A stretch of DNA of 64,000 nt, taken from assembly GCA_004431415.1 (NCBI GenBank), contig QPMI01000106.1, forward strand, positions 248,001 to 312,000, read 5' to 3'. Made by a program: the position numbers and the translations under genes. A model generated the notes under the pieces. It saw only the letters and a program-made list of their open reading frames with translations, ran no database searches and was not told the origin of the DNA. This document shows positions 36,000 to 48,941 of this stretch, piece after piece; position 1 is the first letter of the stretch; each line of letters begins with the position of its first letter. This DNA comes from Cyanophora paradoxa CCMP329 (lineage: Eukaryota > Plantae > Glaucophyta).

Positions 36000-38900
36000 T
36001 CGGCCCGCGCCGCCCGTTTAGAGAACGAGGACGAAGCCTGCGGGGGATGCTCGATGGCGGGGCGCGGCAGCGGGGGCGCGGGGCGGGGCACCGCACCCTT
36101 GCCGCTTAGCCCTGCTAACGCGCCCTCTGCGCCCGCCTAAGTGCCGAAGTGGGCCGCCGATCAGCGCGGGCCGCGCGAGAGGGGAAGAAGGGCGCTCGCC
36201 GGCAGAGGCGGCGCGGGTCGGCGAGGCGGGACCGCCGCCGCCGGGAGCTGCAGGCAGCGCGCCACTGGCCGAGCGCCAGCGCTGCGGGCGGGTCGAAGGG
36301 GCCTCGGGGAAACGAACGGGGCGAGCGCCGACGGGCGGCGGGCGGACCCTCGAGGGCTCTGAGCCTGCCGATGCGGAGCCCGATGCGGAGCCTGGAGCGC
36401 CGGGGCCGCCCCGCCCGAGGCCGCACAAGCAGCCGGCGGCGGCGACGGCCAGGGGCTGGGCACGCCGGTCCGGCGGGCGCTGAGCTGTCTGAGGGACCGC
36501 GGGAGCTGCCGCCGCGTCAGAGCCGCAGGGCGCAGACGGGGCGCGGGCGGGCGGGCGGCGGCCGGCCCCGCGCACCGTACTCGCGCTCTGAGTTGCGCGT
36601 GGCGGACAGTGGATGCAGGCGGGCCGCGGGCGCCTCGGGGGGTGCAGAGGCGCGGTCGGAGGCGAGGGAGGGACGGGCGGGGCGAGGCCGTGGGGCACCG
36701 CGAGGGTACAGGCGCGCGGGCCGCGGGCCTCGGCGGGGGGGCGGCCCAGAGGGGCCAGGGGCGGGGGGAGTGGCAGGGGAGTACGTCCGCCCCGCAGCGA
36801 CTGGAACCGGGGGAGAGGGAGGTGCGGGCGGCCCAGAGCGGGGCGGGGAAAGTGGCAGGGGGGTTGGTGAAGAGAGATCAGGGGAGGAGGAGGAGGAGGG
36901 AGTGGCAGGGGCCGCGGTCTCGGCGTGGGTAAAGCACACGCGGAGTCACAGCATGAACCCCGCCGTTGAGGAAGAAGCCTGCCGGCGATGGTCAAGGGCG
37001 GGGCGGGGTACACGAGGCGCGGGGCGGGGTACGGCATCCTCGGCCCCCTCGGCCCCCGAGCGGGCCCCCGCGGGAAGCGCGGAGTGAGCTGGCGGGAGGA
37101 GGGGGGGAAGCGGGAAGCGCGAGGAGGGCGGTTGAGGGGGCCTGCAGGAGCTGATTAAGAGAGACCGGGGGGGAGGAAGGAGGGGTGGTGGTGGGGGAAC
37201 AGGGATCGGGGACCAGGGAGGGGAACGGCACTTCCTCGTGTCGCGGCCGCGGTTGGCGAGGTGGACGGGGAGGGGCGGGGCGGCGGGTACCGAGGCGGGG
37301 GAGCAGCCTCCGAGCAGGAGCAGGCGCTCGCCGCAGGCGGCGGACGCCCCCGGCGGCGGACGCCCCCGGCGGCTCGACGTCCGTCCCCGAGACGAAGCAG
37401 TCGATCTGGGGGGCGTCAGGGGGGTACGGGAGGGAAAGAATTCGAGCGGGGCGGACGGATCCGGACCTCGGTTCCCCACGCGGAGCATGATCGGGGCCAG
37501 GCGTGTGCACGCCAGTACCGTCGACTCTGGCTCGGTGCGGGTACGCGAGCAGTGCGGGGGGGGGGGTACACGGCCGCGCCGCCCATGGCGCTGACGTTGG
37601 GGAAGTACGCGAGGGCGAACCGACGTAGGGCCTAGGGGAAGGGGGGGGAGGGGCAGGGGGTACAGGGGGGTCCTCAAGGGGGAGGGGCGTGAGGGGGGTT
37701 CATGTCGGGAAAGAGGTACGGGGGCACCTTGGGGAGGCGCCCTCGATGGGTACCGGTGCGTCAGCACACCCCCGAAGCCGTTCGTGTCGTACCCGGCCTG
37801 CAGGCCGCGGGTGGGGGGTGTGGGACGGCGGGGCGAGACGGGGCCGGGGGCGGGGCGAGGCCAGGGGGTACGGGAACGGGGGCCCCCGGTAGGGCGCCTT
37901 CTCCTTCTTCTCGAGGATCTCGTCACGTGGAACCGCTCCTGCGCGGGCCTAGATCCGGCCGTGTTCCCCCCCCCCCCCCCTCCCCCCCCCCCCCCCCCCC
38001 CCCCGGGCGGGCTCGCCTGCAGGGCGCGGACGAATTCCCTGGGGCCATGGGCGAGTCCTCGATCCAGGTGCCGCTGGGGTACCGGATGCCGCAGGGGTAC
38101 AGGGCGAGAACCGGGGGGGGAAGAAAGGGGGGGAAGGTTCTCCACAACGGCGACGCGCTTAGGGCCGAGGTAGCTCTTGATGGACATTCCCGCACCCGCA
38201 CCGCGCAGGAGCGTACTTGCGGGCCTTGACGCCCGTGTACTCAGCAGGCGGGCGGGCTCAGCAGCCCCGGTGCGGCCCGGTTAGCGGCGGCCCGGTTAGC
38301 GGCGGTGCGGGCGGGCTCAGCAGCCCCGCCCCGCCTGCCCGCCCCGCTGAGCGGAAGGACGGTCGAGCGGGGCGGGGCCGTGGGCACCGCGAGGGTACGG
38401 CACCCGCAGAGGCCGCCGGGCGCGAGCCCCTGCCCGGCCGCCTCCCGGCCGTACCAGCCGCGCTACTTTGATTTTCGCCGCCGCCAGTGGGGGCGGGCCC
38501 AGGTTCAGAGGCAGCGGGGCGGGCGGGGCGGGGGGGCGGAGGAGCGCGGCGGGCGGTTCGGGCCTGAGAGCCCGGGTCGATGCAGGGGGCGTAGAAGAAC
38601 TGGTCGAGCCTCAAGCCGTAGACACAACGAGGGGACGGCCGGCGGGTACGGTGTCGTCGAAGAAGGGGCGGGGGCGGGGCGGGGCGGCCTCGCGGGCGCC
38701 TGGGGCGCCGGGCGCGTGCCGGGACGGGCGGGGGCGTCTTGACGGCGCCCTCCAGGGAGCCGGCGGGCCCGGTCGTGCAGCGCGGGCCCGGCGGCAGGTC
38801 TCCGCGGGATGGAGATCAGCAACGCGCTCCGCGGCCGCTCATCGTCTGCGGTGCCGCCGCGCGTCGGGGCGCGAGAGCGCGTCGGGCGGGGGGACGGGCC

Positions 38901-40550
38901 GCACGGAGAGACGGCAGGAGCGCCGATCGGAGAGCGTTGCGAGGACGGCGGGTCTGACCGACGGTGGGGCCAAGCTGCGCGGGGTCCGCATGAGGCGAAT
39001 TCTGAACTCTGAACTCCGCATGAACCACAGTTGCGTGAACTCTGTAGCAGCGGCGCGCGCGGGGGCTTGCAATTGATTAGATCGGCGAGCTTGAGTGAGC
39101 GGAGCCGGAGCGGAGGCGGAGCCCCGAGGTGCAATTGATTAAATCGGCGAGGCGAGGCGAGCCTCGGAGGCGCCCGCGAGGCGGGCGAGCGCCAGTCGCG
39201 GCGTAGGCCGACGGGAAGTCCAGCACGCCTCCGGGTCACCTGCGATCTAGATGAAAACTCGGTGCGGATGAGACGCCACGAAGGGCGGGCGATCTTGATC
39301 GGCGAGCTTGAGTGAGCGGAGAGGAAATGCTTCATCGAACGAGCCGGTCCCGCCTGCGCGCCGGCCGCTCAGACTTCCGCACCGCTCACAGCGGGCCGCT
39401 TGGACCGCCGCGGCGTCCGCCGGCGCGCCGCTCGCCGCGCAGGTCGACGAAAGGTTTCAGCCAGGCGCCCCGAATTCACTGCCAGCTGCAGAGGCTGAGG
39501 GACACCGGCGTCACTGCCAGCTGCAGAGGCTGGGGGACAGCAGACGGGGCGCGCGTCTAGCTATAGCAGCCCGAGCCGCGCGCAGACGCGCGAGCTCTGA
39601 TGGCTGAGGAGGGCGCACGGCGAGCTTGATCGGAGACAAGACGGGCATGCACAGCGCGCCTGTGCCGGAGCGTAGAGGAAGCGCCGCGTCGAACGCGCCG
39701 GCCGCGGTGCACCTGCGCGGCGGCAGCTCGGACAACGCTTGACGCGCGAATCCGATGATCGCACGATGCCGGCGTCCCGCACCCGGCTCATCCGGCGCAT
39801 CGATATCCACTCGAGTTTGATGGCGACGTCGATCGCGCGCCTTGGAGCATCCACTGCTTCTCCGGCCCCCCCCCCCCCCCCCCAACTCTTCCCTCCTGGG
39901 GTATACAAGCCGGCAGTCGAATCGCTCGGACTCTCCAGCGGGTGGGGCGGGCAGACGACCAGCAAGGTCGCAGAGTGGCCCAAGCGCATCCTCCACGTTC
40001 CCGGCGGCGCATGAGCGTGGGGGCCGTCGGGAGAGCGATCTGCAAGCCCGAACGCTGTTCGGCGCCTGCAAGGGAGCGGTGCGTTCGCGAGAAGCGCCTC
40101 GCTTTTCGGCATCGGAGCGCTTTCTGACCGCTTCCTCGCGCAGGTCGTCTGCCTGCTCCTTTTCCAGGTCGACTTCGCCAGGTTCGCCCACGCCTCGGCG
40201 TGAATTCTGCCAAGGAGTGGAACGTACGCAGGAGGCGCTCTAAAATTGTGCTTTAAAGCGTTTGCTCATGGTGTGGCTCCCGCAGGCTGTCTGCTGGTCT
40301 CGCCTGGGCTTCGTCAACGGACGGAGTGGGCTTCTTCCGGATCCAGCAACGGATCCAGCGGTCGTGTGCGTGCTCACATGCTCCTTGATTGAAGATCTCT
40401 GTTTGCTTGCCTCGCCTGATCGCTTGCTGGGCCCTCGGTCGTGGTGCTGATTCGATCCCATTGCAGGTGCGGCGGAACTGTGGACGTGCCGCCCGCGGCC
40501 TACGACTGACGAGCAGCTGATGGCTCGCTGACGACCGGTGCGGCAAGCGT
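36000..40550 (-). pseudogene. Gene U copy 1: intron-rich gene of unknown function, rearranged and decayed
   Basis: Exons YGLRLDQFFYAPCIDPGSQ, MSIKSYLGPK, RHLDRGLAHGPREFVRALQ, AGYDTNGFGGVLTH and IDCFVSGTDVE; the first four recur in copy 2 (54230-54830); frameshifts are present. Confidence 0.5.
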
Positions 40551-40729
40551 GCCCACCAGCGCTTCTAGATCTGCTTCTAACGATGCCGCAGTGACGCGTT
40601 CTGCTGAGCAGGCGTATTCTAGGACGGCTTCTCGGCCACCAAGAAGATCGTTTGGTGACGCATGTCGCACTCCGGAACATCCAGGCCGTGGAAGATCCGC
40701 GGGCCCCGGGGTGCTGATGTCGGCCCACT

Positions 40730-43700
40730 ACGTTCTCGTCTGGCTGGAGTCGTGACTGGATGCGGCATCACGAATGTACGTCGCGGGAATGCGCATAGAG
40801 GTGCTCTTCGCTCTCTTTGACGCTTTGATAAACAGGAGCATTCCTATGTCTTCGTTGGCGGCGAGAACGAACTCCGCGTCACGCGCATCAGCAAGAAGGG
40901 CGAGTTCATGTCTGGACAGCATCTCCCGCATCACCACGTGATGAACTGGAGTGGTCATAAAAGCCGGCGTGGTCGCGTATGTATCGGATATTGGTTCGCA
41001 TGTGCTGTACCGGTTCTTGTTCTCCGTAATCTGTTCCTCCAGGGTCCTCGACAAGGACGAAATCAGAGCCTGGATGAACGACGGTTGCGAGCTCTCCATC
41101 AAGTTCAAGCCCAATGCAAATGGCATTGCCGACAGAATCCATGTCAGACACGATCTCGTTGGCTGGGCTTTCCCGAGGGAATGGCAAGACGCTCTGAAGG
41201 CCGACAAGCTTGTGCTGGTACTCCTTTTCCTTCCTTTTCCGTGGACTTCTTTGCGCTGCCTCCGACATTGATCTTTTGCTCCAGAGTACTAATCGCTTCC
41301 TTTACGAGCTGAAGGGCCGTGTGACGCTCGTCAACAAGGAGGACAAGCAGCTCGAATGCATTTTCGAGGCCGTCGCGGGCGTGACGGTCACCTGCATGGC
41401 AGTCGTGAGCTTCAATTCTTTCGTGCAACCGCTGCGCGCGAGCCATGCGCTGATTTCTCGCGCAGGACGACCGCGTCGCTACTTTCGCCACGGCAGGGCC
41501 CGCGGGATTCAAGCTTGTGATCTGGCACTCGCCGGACGAGCACTTCACCATGGACTTGGCAGCGGCCAACACGCCCATCAGCGCGATGTGTCTCGTGAAG
41601 GTGAGCCTCGTATTTCCTTCCCCGAGCACAAAGCCCGCAGCCGTCGTCTCATTTTCCGCTTGCTCGGCAGGGCGGCAGCTTCGTTCTCTTCGCAGAGGCG
41701 GGCGACACCCGCATTCGTTTGGTCGAGTTGAACGAGGAGAGCATTTGCCGCGGGTACAGGGGAATCGAAGTCTTCGACGTCGCGCGCTGCCCCGCCGCGG
41801 TCAAGAGCCTGTCGATCTCCCCCGTGAGCCGCTTCGCCGGCCGTGTCGCGGTCCTGCGGCTGCCCCTCACGCCCGACGCAGAGCGGCGGCATGATCTGCG
41901 CCGTCGACGTGAACGGAGACGCCTGGGGGTTCATCGCGGGCACCGAGGGCGCCGCCGGCCCCTTCGGCTCCGGTGCTGCGCCCCTTCCGCTGGTGCGCCG
42001 CCCCCGCCCCCTCGCCGGCGGGCAGCGCCGCCGCCGACTGCGAACTCCCCAGGGCCCCGCCCCCGTCGCCTCCACCTCGTCAGCGCCATCCAGCGCCCTC
42101 GCACTCTCCTCCGCCCCCGTCGCCTCGAGCTCGTCGGCATCCGGCGCCCTCGCCTCCGCCTCGTTGGTGCCTATCGCTGCCCGCGCCCTCGGCCCCGCCC
42201 CCGCCCCCGCCACCTCCGCCGCCCCCTCCGCCGCCCCCGCCCCCGCCCCTGCACTCGCCCCCGCCCTCGCCCCCGATCTCACGGCATTATGCATGCAGGG
42301 CGGGAGAAAGGTTTCCGTCGGCTCCGCTGCCCGCGGCGCCCGGACCAACCTGGCCCCGCCCCTCAAGCGCCGCGCACGGACGCCGCCGCGCCCCCGCCCA
42401 GCGCCGGTTCGCCCTATCGTTTCCACAATCGCTTTCTCAGGCTTAAGATCGCGATCGCAGGCGGTTGGTGCTGGGCGCAGCGGCGACCGGCGCCAACCGC
42501 CTGCGATCGAGTTCGGCTCCCCCGTCTCGCCGTGCTCCCCCGTCTCCCCGGATTCCTCGCCCCGCAATGAGCCCCTTCCGCTGGTGCGCGGCCCCTGCCC
42601 TCTCGCCGCCGGGTGGCGCGGCGCCGCCGACGACCGCGAATTCCTCAGTGCCCCGCACCTCCCGCCCTCGCCCCCGCCGCCAGCGCCCAGCCAGCTGCAG
42701 CCGCTGTGAGGCCCTCTGCGAGCTCCCGCTCCGCCCCCGCCCCCGCCCCCTCCGCCCCCTCCGTCCCCTCCGCCGCCCTCTCCGCCGCCCCCGCCCCGCC
42801 CCGCCCCCGCCCCGCCCCCGCCCCGCCCCCGCCCCAGCCCCGCCCCGCCCCGCCCCGCCTCCGCCCCGCCCCCTCCGCCGCCCCCGCCGTTTCCCCCGCC
42901 CTCGCCCTCGCCCTCTCCGTCGCCCCGCCGCCTCGTCGGCGGCATCCAGCGCCCAGCCCGTCTTTGCGGCTGCGGGCCCAGCCTCGCCGCTTTCCCCCGG
43001 CGGCCCGGGCGAGCCGCTGGTGCCCGCCGCTGGCATCGACGTTGCGGCGCCGGCAGCCGCGAGCTCGCCCATCGCCCGCCCCGCCTCGCCGGCCGCTGCC
43101 GTCCAGGACTCGCCGCTCGCCGGCGGCCGCCAGCTGGAGCCGCCGGCCTTGGCTGATGAGGTCGCGGCGTCGGCTCCGCCAGTCGCTGCGAGCTCGCCCA
43201 TCGCCCGCCCCGCCTCGCCGGCCGCTGCCGTCCAGGACTCGCCGCTCGCCGGCGGCCGCCAGCTGGAGCCGCCGGCCTTGGCTGATGAGGTCGCGGCGTC
43301 GGCTCCGCCAGTCGCTGCGAGCTCGCCCGTCGCCCGCCCCGTCTCGCCGGCCGCTGCCGTCCAGGACTCGCCGCTCGCCGGCGGCCGCCAGCTGGAGTCG
43401 CTGGGGCCCGCCGAGGGATCGAGCGCCGTCCTGGTGCTTTGCTCCCCCCCGCAGCTCTCACCCACCTCACGCTGCGGATTCACGGGGCAGGGGCGCGCGT
43501 CTGGCTCGCCCCGCGCCCCGGCGGCCGACGCCAACCTCCGCCTGGACCCCCGCCCCGAGGTTCGGGCCCCCGTCTATCGTTTTTGTACCTGCGTCTAGTG
43601 ACGGCATTGCAGGTGGAGGTCGCGTCAGCCAACGCCCAAATCACCAAGTTCAAGAAGGGCCTCCAAAAGGTGCGAATGCGCGGCGCCGGGCGCGGGGCAC

Positions 43701-44594
43701 CGATCGCGAACCGTCCCGTGGCCTCACGCCGCCGGGGGCCGGGACGGCAGATGGCGGGAATCTTCGACCTCGACGGCGAGCTGCAGCTGGGCGACAAGCT
43801 CGACGACTCCAACGCAGTCGTCGGCGCGGTCCGCGGCCCCTCTAGATCTAGATCTTGGGGCCGGGCCGGCTCCCTTGCCCCGTTGAATCTTGCCCCTCCT
43901 TCCGCAGGCGCGCCAGCTTCGGGACGGCATTGTTGCCAAGGTCCGCCCCGGCCCGGCCCGCCCGCCTGTCCTCGACCCGCTCTATCGGCCCTCCGGCGCC
44001 TCCACTGAGACCGCTGCAGATCTCCAAGCGCGAGCGCGAGCAAGCTGCGCGCGATGCAAAGCGCGCCGCGGCACGCACCGCACTCGCCGCCGCCGCGGCC
44101 GCAACCGCCAGCGCCTCCACCAAAGCCGCCAAGGCGGCCGCCAAGGCCGCCAGCGAGGCCGCCAAGGCCGCCAGCGCGGCCGCCGATGCCGCCAGCGCGG
44201 CCGAGACCCTCAAGAAGCTCGCCGCCCCGGGGCCCGCCGAGCCCCCCGCGGCCCGCGCGCAGCCCGCCGCCGCCGCGGGGCCTCTGCGGAAGCGGGCGGC
44301 CGCGGAGGGAACCGCGCCGGCGGCCGCCCCCGGGGGCCCGTCGAGGCTTCGCAGGCACCGGCAGCGAAGCGCGCGCGGCCGCGAGCCGGCGCTGCGGCCG
44401 GCCGGGCGCCCCCGGCTCCCGCCGCCGCCCTCGGGGAGGCGAACAAGGAGAACGAGCTCGCGGGGAGCTCGGGCGAGGCCGGCGCCTCGAAAGGCCGCGC
44501 CGCCGGCGCCCCGGGCCAGGAGCAGGCCTCGAGCTCCGCCCTCCGCCCCCGGCAGCCAGCCGGAGCCGCAGCCGCGGGGGTGCCAGCGGGCTAG
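40730..44594 (+). CDS. Gene V copy 1: beta-strand-rich (propeller-like) N-terminus, Ala/Pro/Ser linker, coiled-coil tail; possibly disrupted
   Basis: Exons HSYVFVGGENELRVTRI, VATFATAGPAGFKLVIW, FVLFAEAGDTRIRLVEL, AVKSLSISP, MICAVDVNGDAWGF; tail exons VEVASANAQITKFKKGLQK and IFDLDGELQLGDKLDDSNAVV; TAG at 44592-44594. Confidence 0.5.
43058..43397 (+). repeat. In-frame 129-bp (43-aa) tandem repeat, about 2.6 copies
   Basis: gagctcgccc starts at 43061, 43190 and 43319; encodes ASSPIARPASPAAAVQDSPLAGGRQLEPPALADEVAASAPPVA. Confidence 0.95.
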
Positions 44595-44871
44595 AGGATC
44601 TCTTCGCCTCTTTGCTTTCCATTTGCAGACCTTTGTCGACGATTCGCTTGCTCCAAGCCAATTCATGTCTTAGATTTCGCGAGACAGTTTCCCCATGCAG
44701 CTCTAGCTCCGGATTTCGCAGCTCAGCTTCGAATTTTCGCAGCTGCTCTAGTCTTTGTACAGCGATGCACAGTGCACAGCGTCCGGCTCTAGTCGTTCCG
44801 TCGACTCTGTGATGTTCAGCTTTCGTTGCTCTTTGCTGGGATGTTCTCTGTATCAGGGGTATTTAGTGCTT

Positions 44872-46438
44872 CATCGATGTTAGTTAGGAGCACTGGCCCC
44901 CTCCACCTTCCAGTTCCTCGTGTATTCCATGCCTTCCCTGTACCTTTGATTCCGTTCCCTTTGTCGTTAGCTCTGCCTCTTCCTCCTCCATCTCTCACTG
45001 TTAGCCCTCAGGCAGTTCCGCCTCTTTATCTTCAGCGACCGTCAGACCGTATAGTTTTTGGCAGCGAGTATTTTGTGTATGGTGACGTTCCTCGTGTGTA
45101 CCCTTCTCTCTCTTCTACTTCGCTATATTTGCCTCTCCCGCCTGGTTCAGCCCCATCGTCTGCCTTCCCTGTCACTACTGGCTTGCGTTTCGCCCCTCCT
45201 CTTATACTGCCGATTCCGAGTCTGCACCCGAGCTCTGCCCCTTTCCTCGTGTCGTCCCCAGTTCCTCAGATTAGTCTTCAGCCGTCCATTGTTTTACCAA
45301 CTCTACAATCTCGATTCCGTTTAGACACTCCGCCAGCTTCGACTTTCCCCTCTAGTGGTGTCCTACGTTTCGCCTCTCCTACTGTTCTACCGCCTTTGCC
45401 TCCTGCGACTACGTCTTCTAGTTCTGCTGTTAGCTCTGTCTTGTCGTCTTCGTCTAGATCTTCGTCTTCGACTGTAGTTCCTCGTGCTCGTTCTCCTTAT
45501 TTGCTGCGTCCCCGTGCTCCTCGTCGTTCTAGTGTGACTAGTACTTCTGCATCGACGCCCTTGAGCTCTTCTACTCCTTCTCCTCGTGCTCGTTCTCCTT
45601 ATCTTTTGCGTTCTTCTGATCGTGTCCTTTCTCGTGATCCCTCTTGATTCTGTATATATTTTGTGCTAGTTTACTGTATCTTTGATTTGTGATTGCTTTG
45701 TCGTTCCTCGTGTGTACCCTTCTCTCTCTTCTACTTCGCTATATTTGCCTCTCCCGCCTGGTTCAGCCCCATCGTCTGCCTTCCCTGTCACTACTGGCTT
45801 GCGTTTCGCCCCTCCTCTTATACTGCCGATTCCGAGTCTGCACCCGAGCTCTGCCCCTTTCCTCGTGTCGTCCCCAGTTCCTCAGATTAGTCTTCAGCCG
45901 TCCATTGTTTTACCAACTCTACAATCTCGATTCCGTTTAGACACTCCGCCAGCTTCGACTTTCCCCTCTAGTGGTGTCCTACGTTTCGCCTCTCCTACTG
46001 TTCTACCGCCTTTGCCTCCTGCGACTACGTCTTCTAGTTCTGCTGTTAGCTCTGTCTTGTCGTCTTCGTCTAGATCTTCGTCTTCGACTGTAGTTCCTCG
46101 TGCTCGTTCTCCTTATTTGCTGCGTCCCCGTGCTCCTCGTCGTTCTAGTGTGACTAGTACTTCTGCATCGACGCCCTTGAGCTCTTCTACTCCTTCTCCT
46201 CGTGCTCGTTCTCCTTATCTTTTGCGTTCTTCTGATCGTGTCCTTTCTCGTGATCCCTCTTGATTCTGTATATATTTTGTGCTAGTTTACTGTATCTTTG
46301 ATTTGTGATTGCTTTGTTGTCTTTAATATCACTACCTACGGGGGGTTCGCCCCACCGTAGTCTCTCAAAAAAAATTTGTTGTCTTTAATATCACTACCTA
46401 CGGGGGGTTCGCCCCACCGTAGTCTCTCAAAAAAAAAA
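44872..46438 (+). mobile_element. 5'-truncated poly(A) retroelement insertion with internal 616-bp tandem duplication and doubled 3' end
   Basis: Absent from the homologous site at about 48660-48670. 45086-45701 is repeated at 45702-46317. The 3' hairpin ctacggggggttcgccccaccgtag plus A-tract occurs twice (46313-46374, 46375-46438). Ser/Pro-rich ORF end with PRARSPYLLR twice per unit. Confidence 0.85.
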
Positions 46439-48941
46439 TTGCGTTTTGAAATTTCGATGTTGCTGCAGATCCTTGCCATGGCCAGCCGTAGTGTTTCGGC
46501 TGCTGCAAGCCTTGTACAGTCTCCTTCTGCGCCGCCAGCCTGGCGGCCGCTAGTCGCGCGGCCCGGCCCCGTCGCTTGTTCCCGTGATTATGACTAGAGC
46601 CCCAGCCCCTGGCCCCAACCTTTAAGATGCGTGTGGCATGCAGGTCCAAGATCAGGCAGAGTTCGAGGAGTAGGAATACCAGCTGCAGGTCGATTTGGAT
46701 TTGCGAAGGCGTAGAACCACTTTTGAGCTTATAATTAGCTATAGATCTAAAACTTCGAGAGACAGCTGTTTGAGCTTCTATCAAGGACTTCGAAAGACAG
46801 ATCTAGCTGTAGAGCTCAAGTGCAGTTTCAGCTCGGAGATCTAGACTAGCTATATAGTTGTAGATAGCCCCAGACCGTAGCACCTAGATACCGATACCGA
46901 TACCGATACCGCCGGGAAGATGCATCGAAGCTAGCGAGCTTCGAGGCTCCAGATCCCCTATTGCGACCGCGGCCGCGCGGAATCGAACCCAATCATTTTG
47001 GCACGTGTCAGGGCCTGAATTCGAAGCCTCGGACGTTGACGCAGAGCCTCTAAATAAAATCGCGAGAATAGCCTCGCGACCCCCTCCTCCCCTCGAACCG
47101 CAGCTGCAGGGCTTGGAGCAAGAATTAAATTGCGGTAATCCGAAGTTCGGATCATCGGGTTTTCCGAGTACTAGTTTGCAATTGGAAATTAAATGTAAAC
47201 CGGTACCGTGGTTTTCAAAACCTCACCCGGTCCAAAACAAGCCAATTAATTGCAACTTCCTTAATTCGAAGGTGAACGCTTAAAGGGAGTCTTTGGCAAG
47301 ATCTAGAGCTGAGGCGTGCAACGACTCTCAGTCCTTGACTATGGCTCACTGAGTCAGTAACTCATGATCAGTGACTTGTGCTTGGCGGGCTCCGCCCGCC
47401 GGCCTACCAATTTTTTACAATGAACTCCTGCCTAAGTCTATATATTCTGAGCGTTCGGCCGCGGCGGCGAAATAGCACGAGAGGGATCGCATAAATCTGA
47501 GAGGAGCGAGGGGGCCTCTCCTCTTCCCCATTATCCCTCTCATCCCTCTCAGCTCCATCCCGGAGGCGTACGCGGCGTGCCCCGGGCCCGCCGGCGCGGC
47601 CGTCGCCCCCGCCCCGGCCCCCGCCCGCCCATGGCCAGCTGCAGGCCCCAGCTCGCGCCTCATGATCAGGTGCCCGCGAGGCGGCACGCCCCTCCCCGCC
47701 CATACTGCGCGCCCCTCTCACCGGCGCAGCAGGGAGCTATATATATGCCGATTGAGGCACGAGGAAGTCTGGTCCCCAATCCCTGCATCCCCTCCCCCTC
47801 CCGCCGGGGCGCGACTTCGCCCTCTTCCCCCCCTCCCCCCCCCTTCAAACCCCCCCTCCTCCCCCTTCAACCCCCCCCCCTTCTCCTCCCCCCTTCAAAC
47901 CCCTACGGATCCTGCCCCGCCCCCCTCCCCCCTCCGTCCATCGCCAACCCCGTCGCTCCAGACCGTCGTTGCGCGGCGCGGGCTGCTCGGCCCTACGATC
48001 GTGAGCTCGCGGACGTCGACCCTACGTATACGGCCCGGGCACCGTCTGAAGATTGACGCGGTGGACGGCGTGCGCCCCCGGCCACGCCAGGGGCTAATTC
48101 ATCGACATCGATCTCATGCTGATGCGATGATGGGCTATAGGGGATCTGGAGCCTCGGAGCTCGCTAGCTTCGATGCATCTTCCCGGCGGTATCGGTATCG
48201 GTATCGGTATCTAGGCGCTACGGTCTGGGGCTATCTACAACTATATAGCTAGTCTAGATCTCCGAGCTGAAACTGCACTTGAGCTCTACAGCTAGATCTG
48301 TCTTTCGAAGTCCTTGATAGAAGCTCAAACAGCTGTCTCTCGAAGTTTTAGATCTATAGCTAATTATAAGCTCAAAAGTGGTTCTACGCCTTCGCAAATC
48401 CAAATCGACCTGCAGCTGGTATTCCTACTCCTCGAACTCTGCCTGATCTTGGACCTGCATGCCACACGCATCTTAAAGGGGGGCCAGGGGCTGGGGCTCT
48501 AGTCATAATCACGGGAACAAGCGACGGGGCCGGGCCGCGCGACTAGCGGCCGCCAGGCTGGCGCAGAAGGAGACTGTACAAGGCTTGCAGCAGCCGAAAC
48601 ACTACGGCTGGCCATATGCATGGCAAGGATCTGCAGCAACATCGAAATTTCAAAACGCAATTGAAAGCACTAAATACCCCTGATACAGAGAACATCCCAG
48701 CAAAGAGCAACGAAAGCTGAACATCACAGAGTCGACGGAACGACTAGAGCCGGACGCTGTGCACTGTGCATCGCTGTACAAAGACTAGAGCAGCTGCGAA
48801 AATTCGAAGCTGAGCTGCGAAATCCGGAGCTAGAGCTGCATGGGGAAACTGTCTCGCGAAATCTAAGACATGAATTGGCTTGGAGCAAGCGAATCGTCGA
48901 CAAAGGTCTGCAAATGGAAAGCAAAGAGGCGAAGAGATCCT

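Larger units (their letters stand above)
35900..46961. mobile_element. Copy 1 of a ~10-kb repeated two-gene unit (gene U on -, gene V on +); left end approximate
   Basis: Segments recur in inverted orientation at 48137-49985, 50510-50870, 52625-55100, 56930-58600 and 62100-64000. No transposase was recognised. Confidence 0.5.

Noticed and set aside
40801-40835. In-frame TGA conserved in V copies 1 and 3 (possible selenocysteine or readthrough)
   Set aside because: More simply explained by a 35-nt GT-AG intron joining MYVAGMRIE to EHSYVF.
46920-46965. Helitron-type 3' hairpin plus CTRR terminus for the large unit
   Set aside because: The hairpin is weak, the end is not CTRR, palindromes are ubiquitous here, and no Rep/helicase motifs were found.
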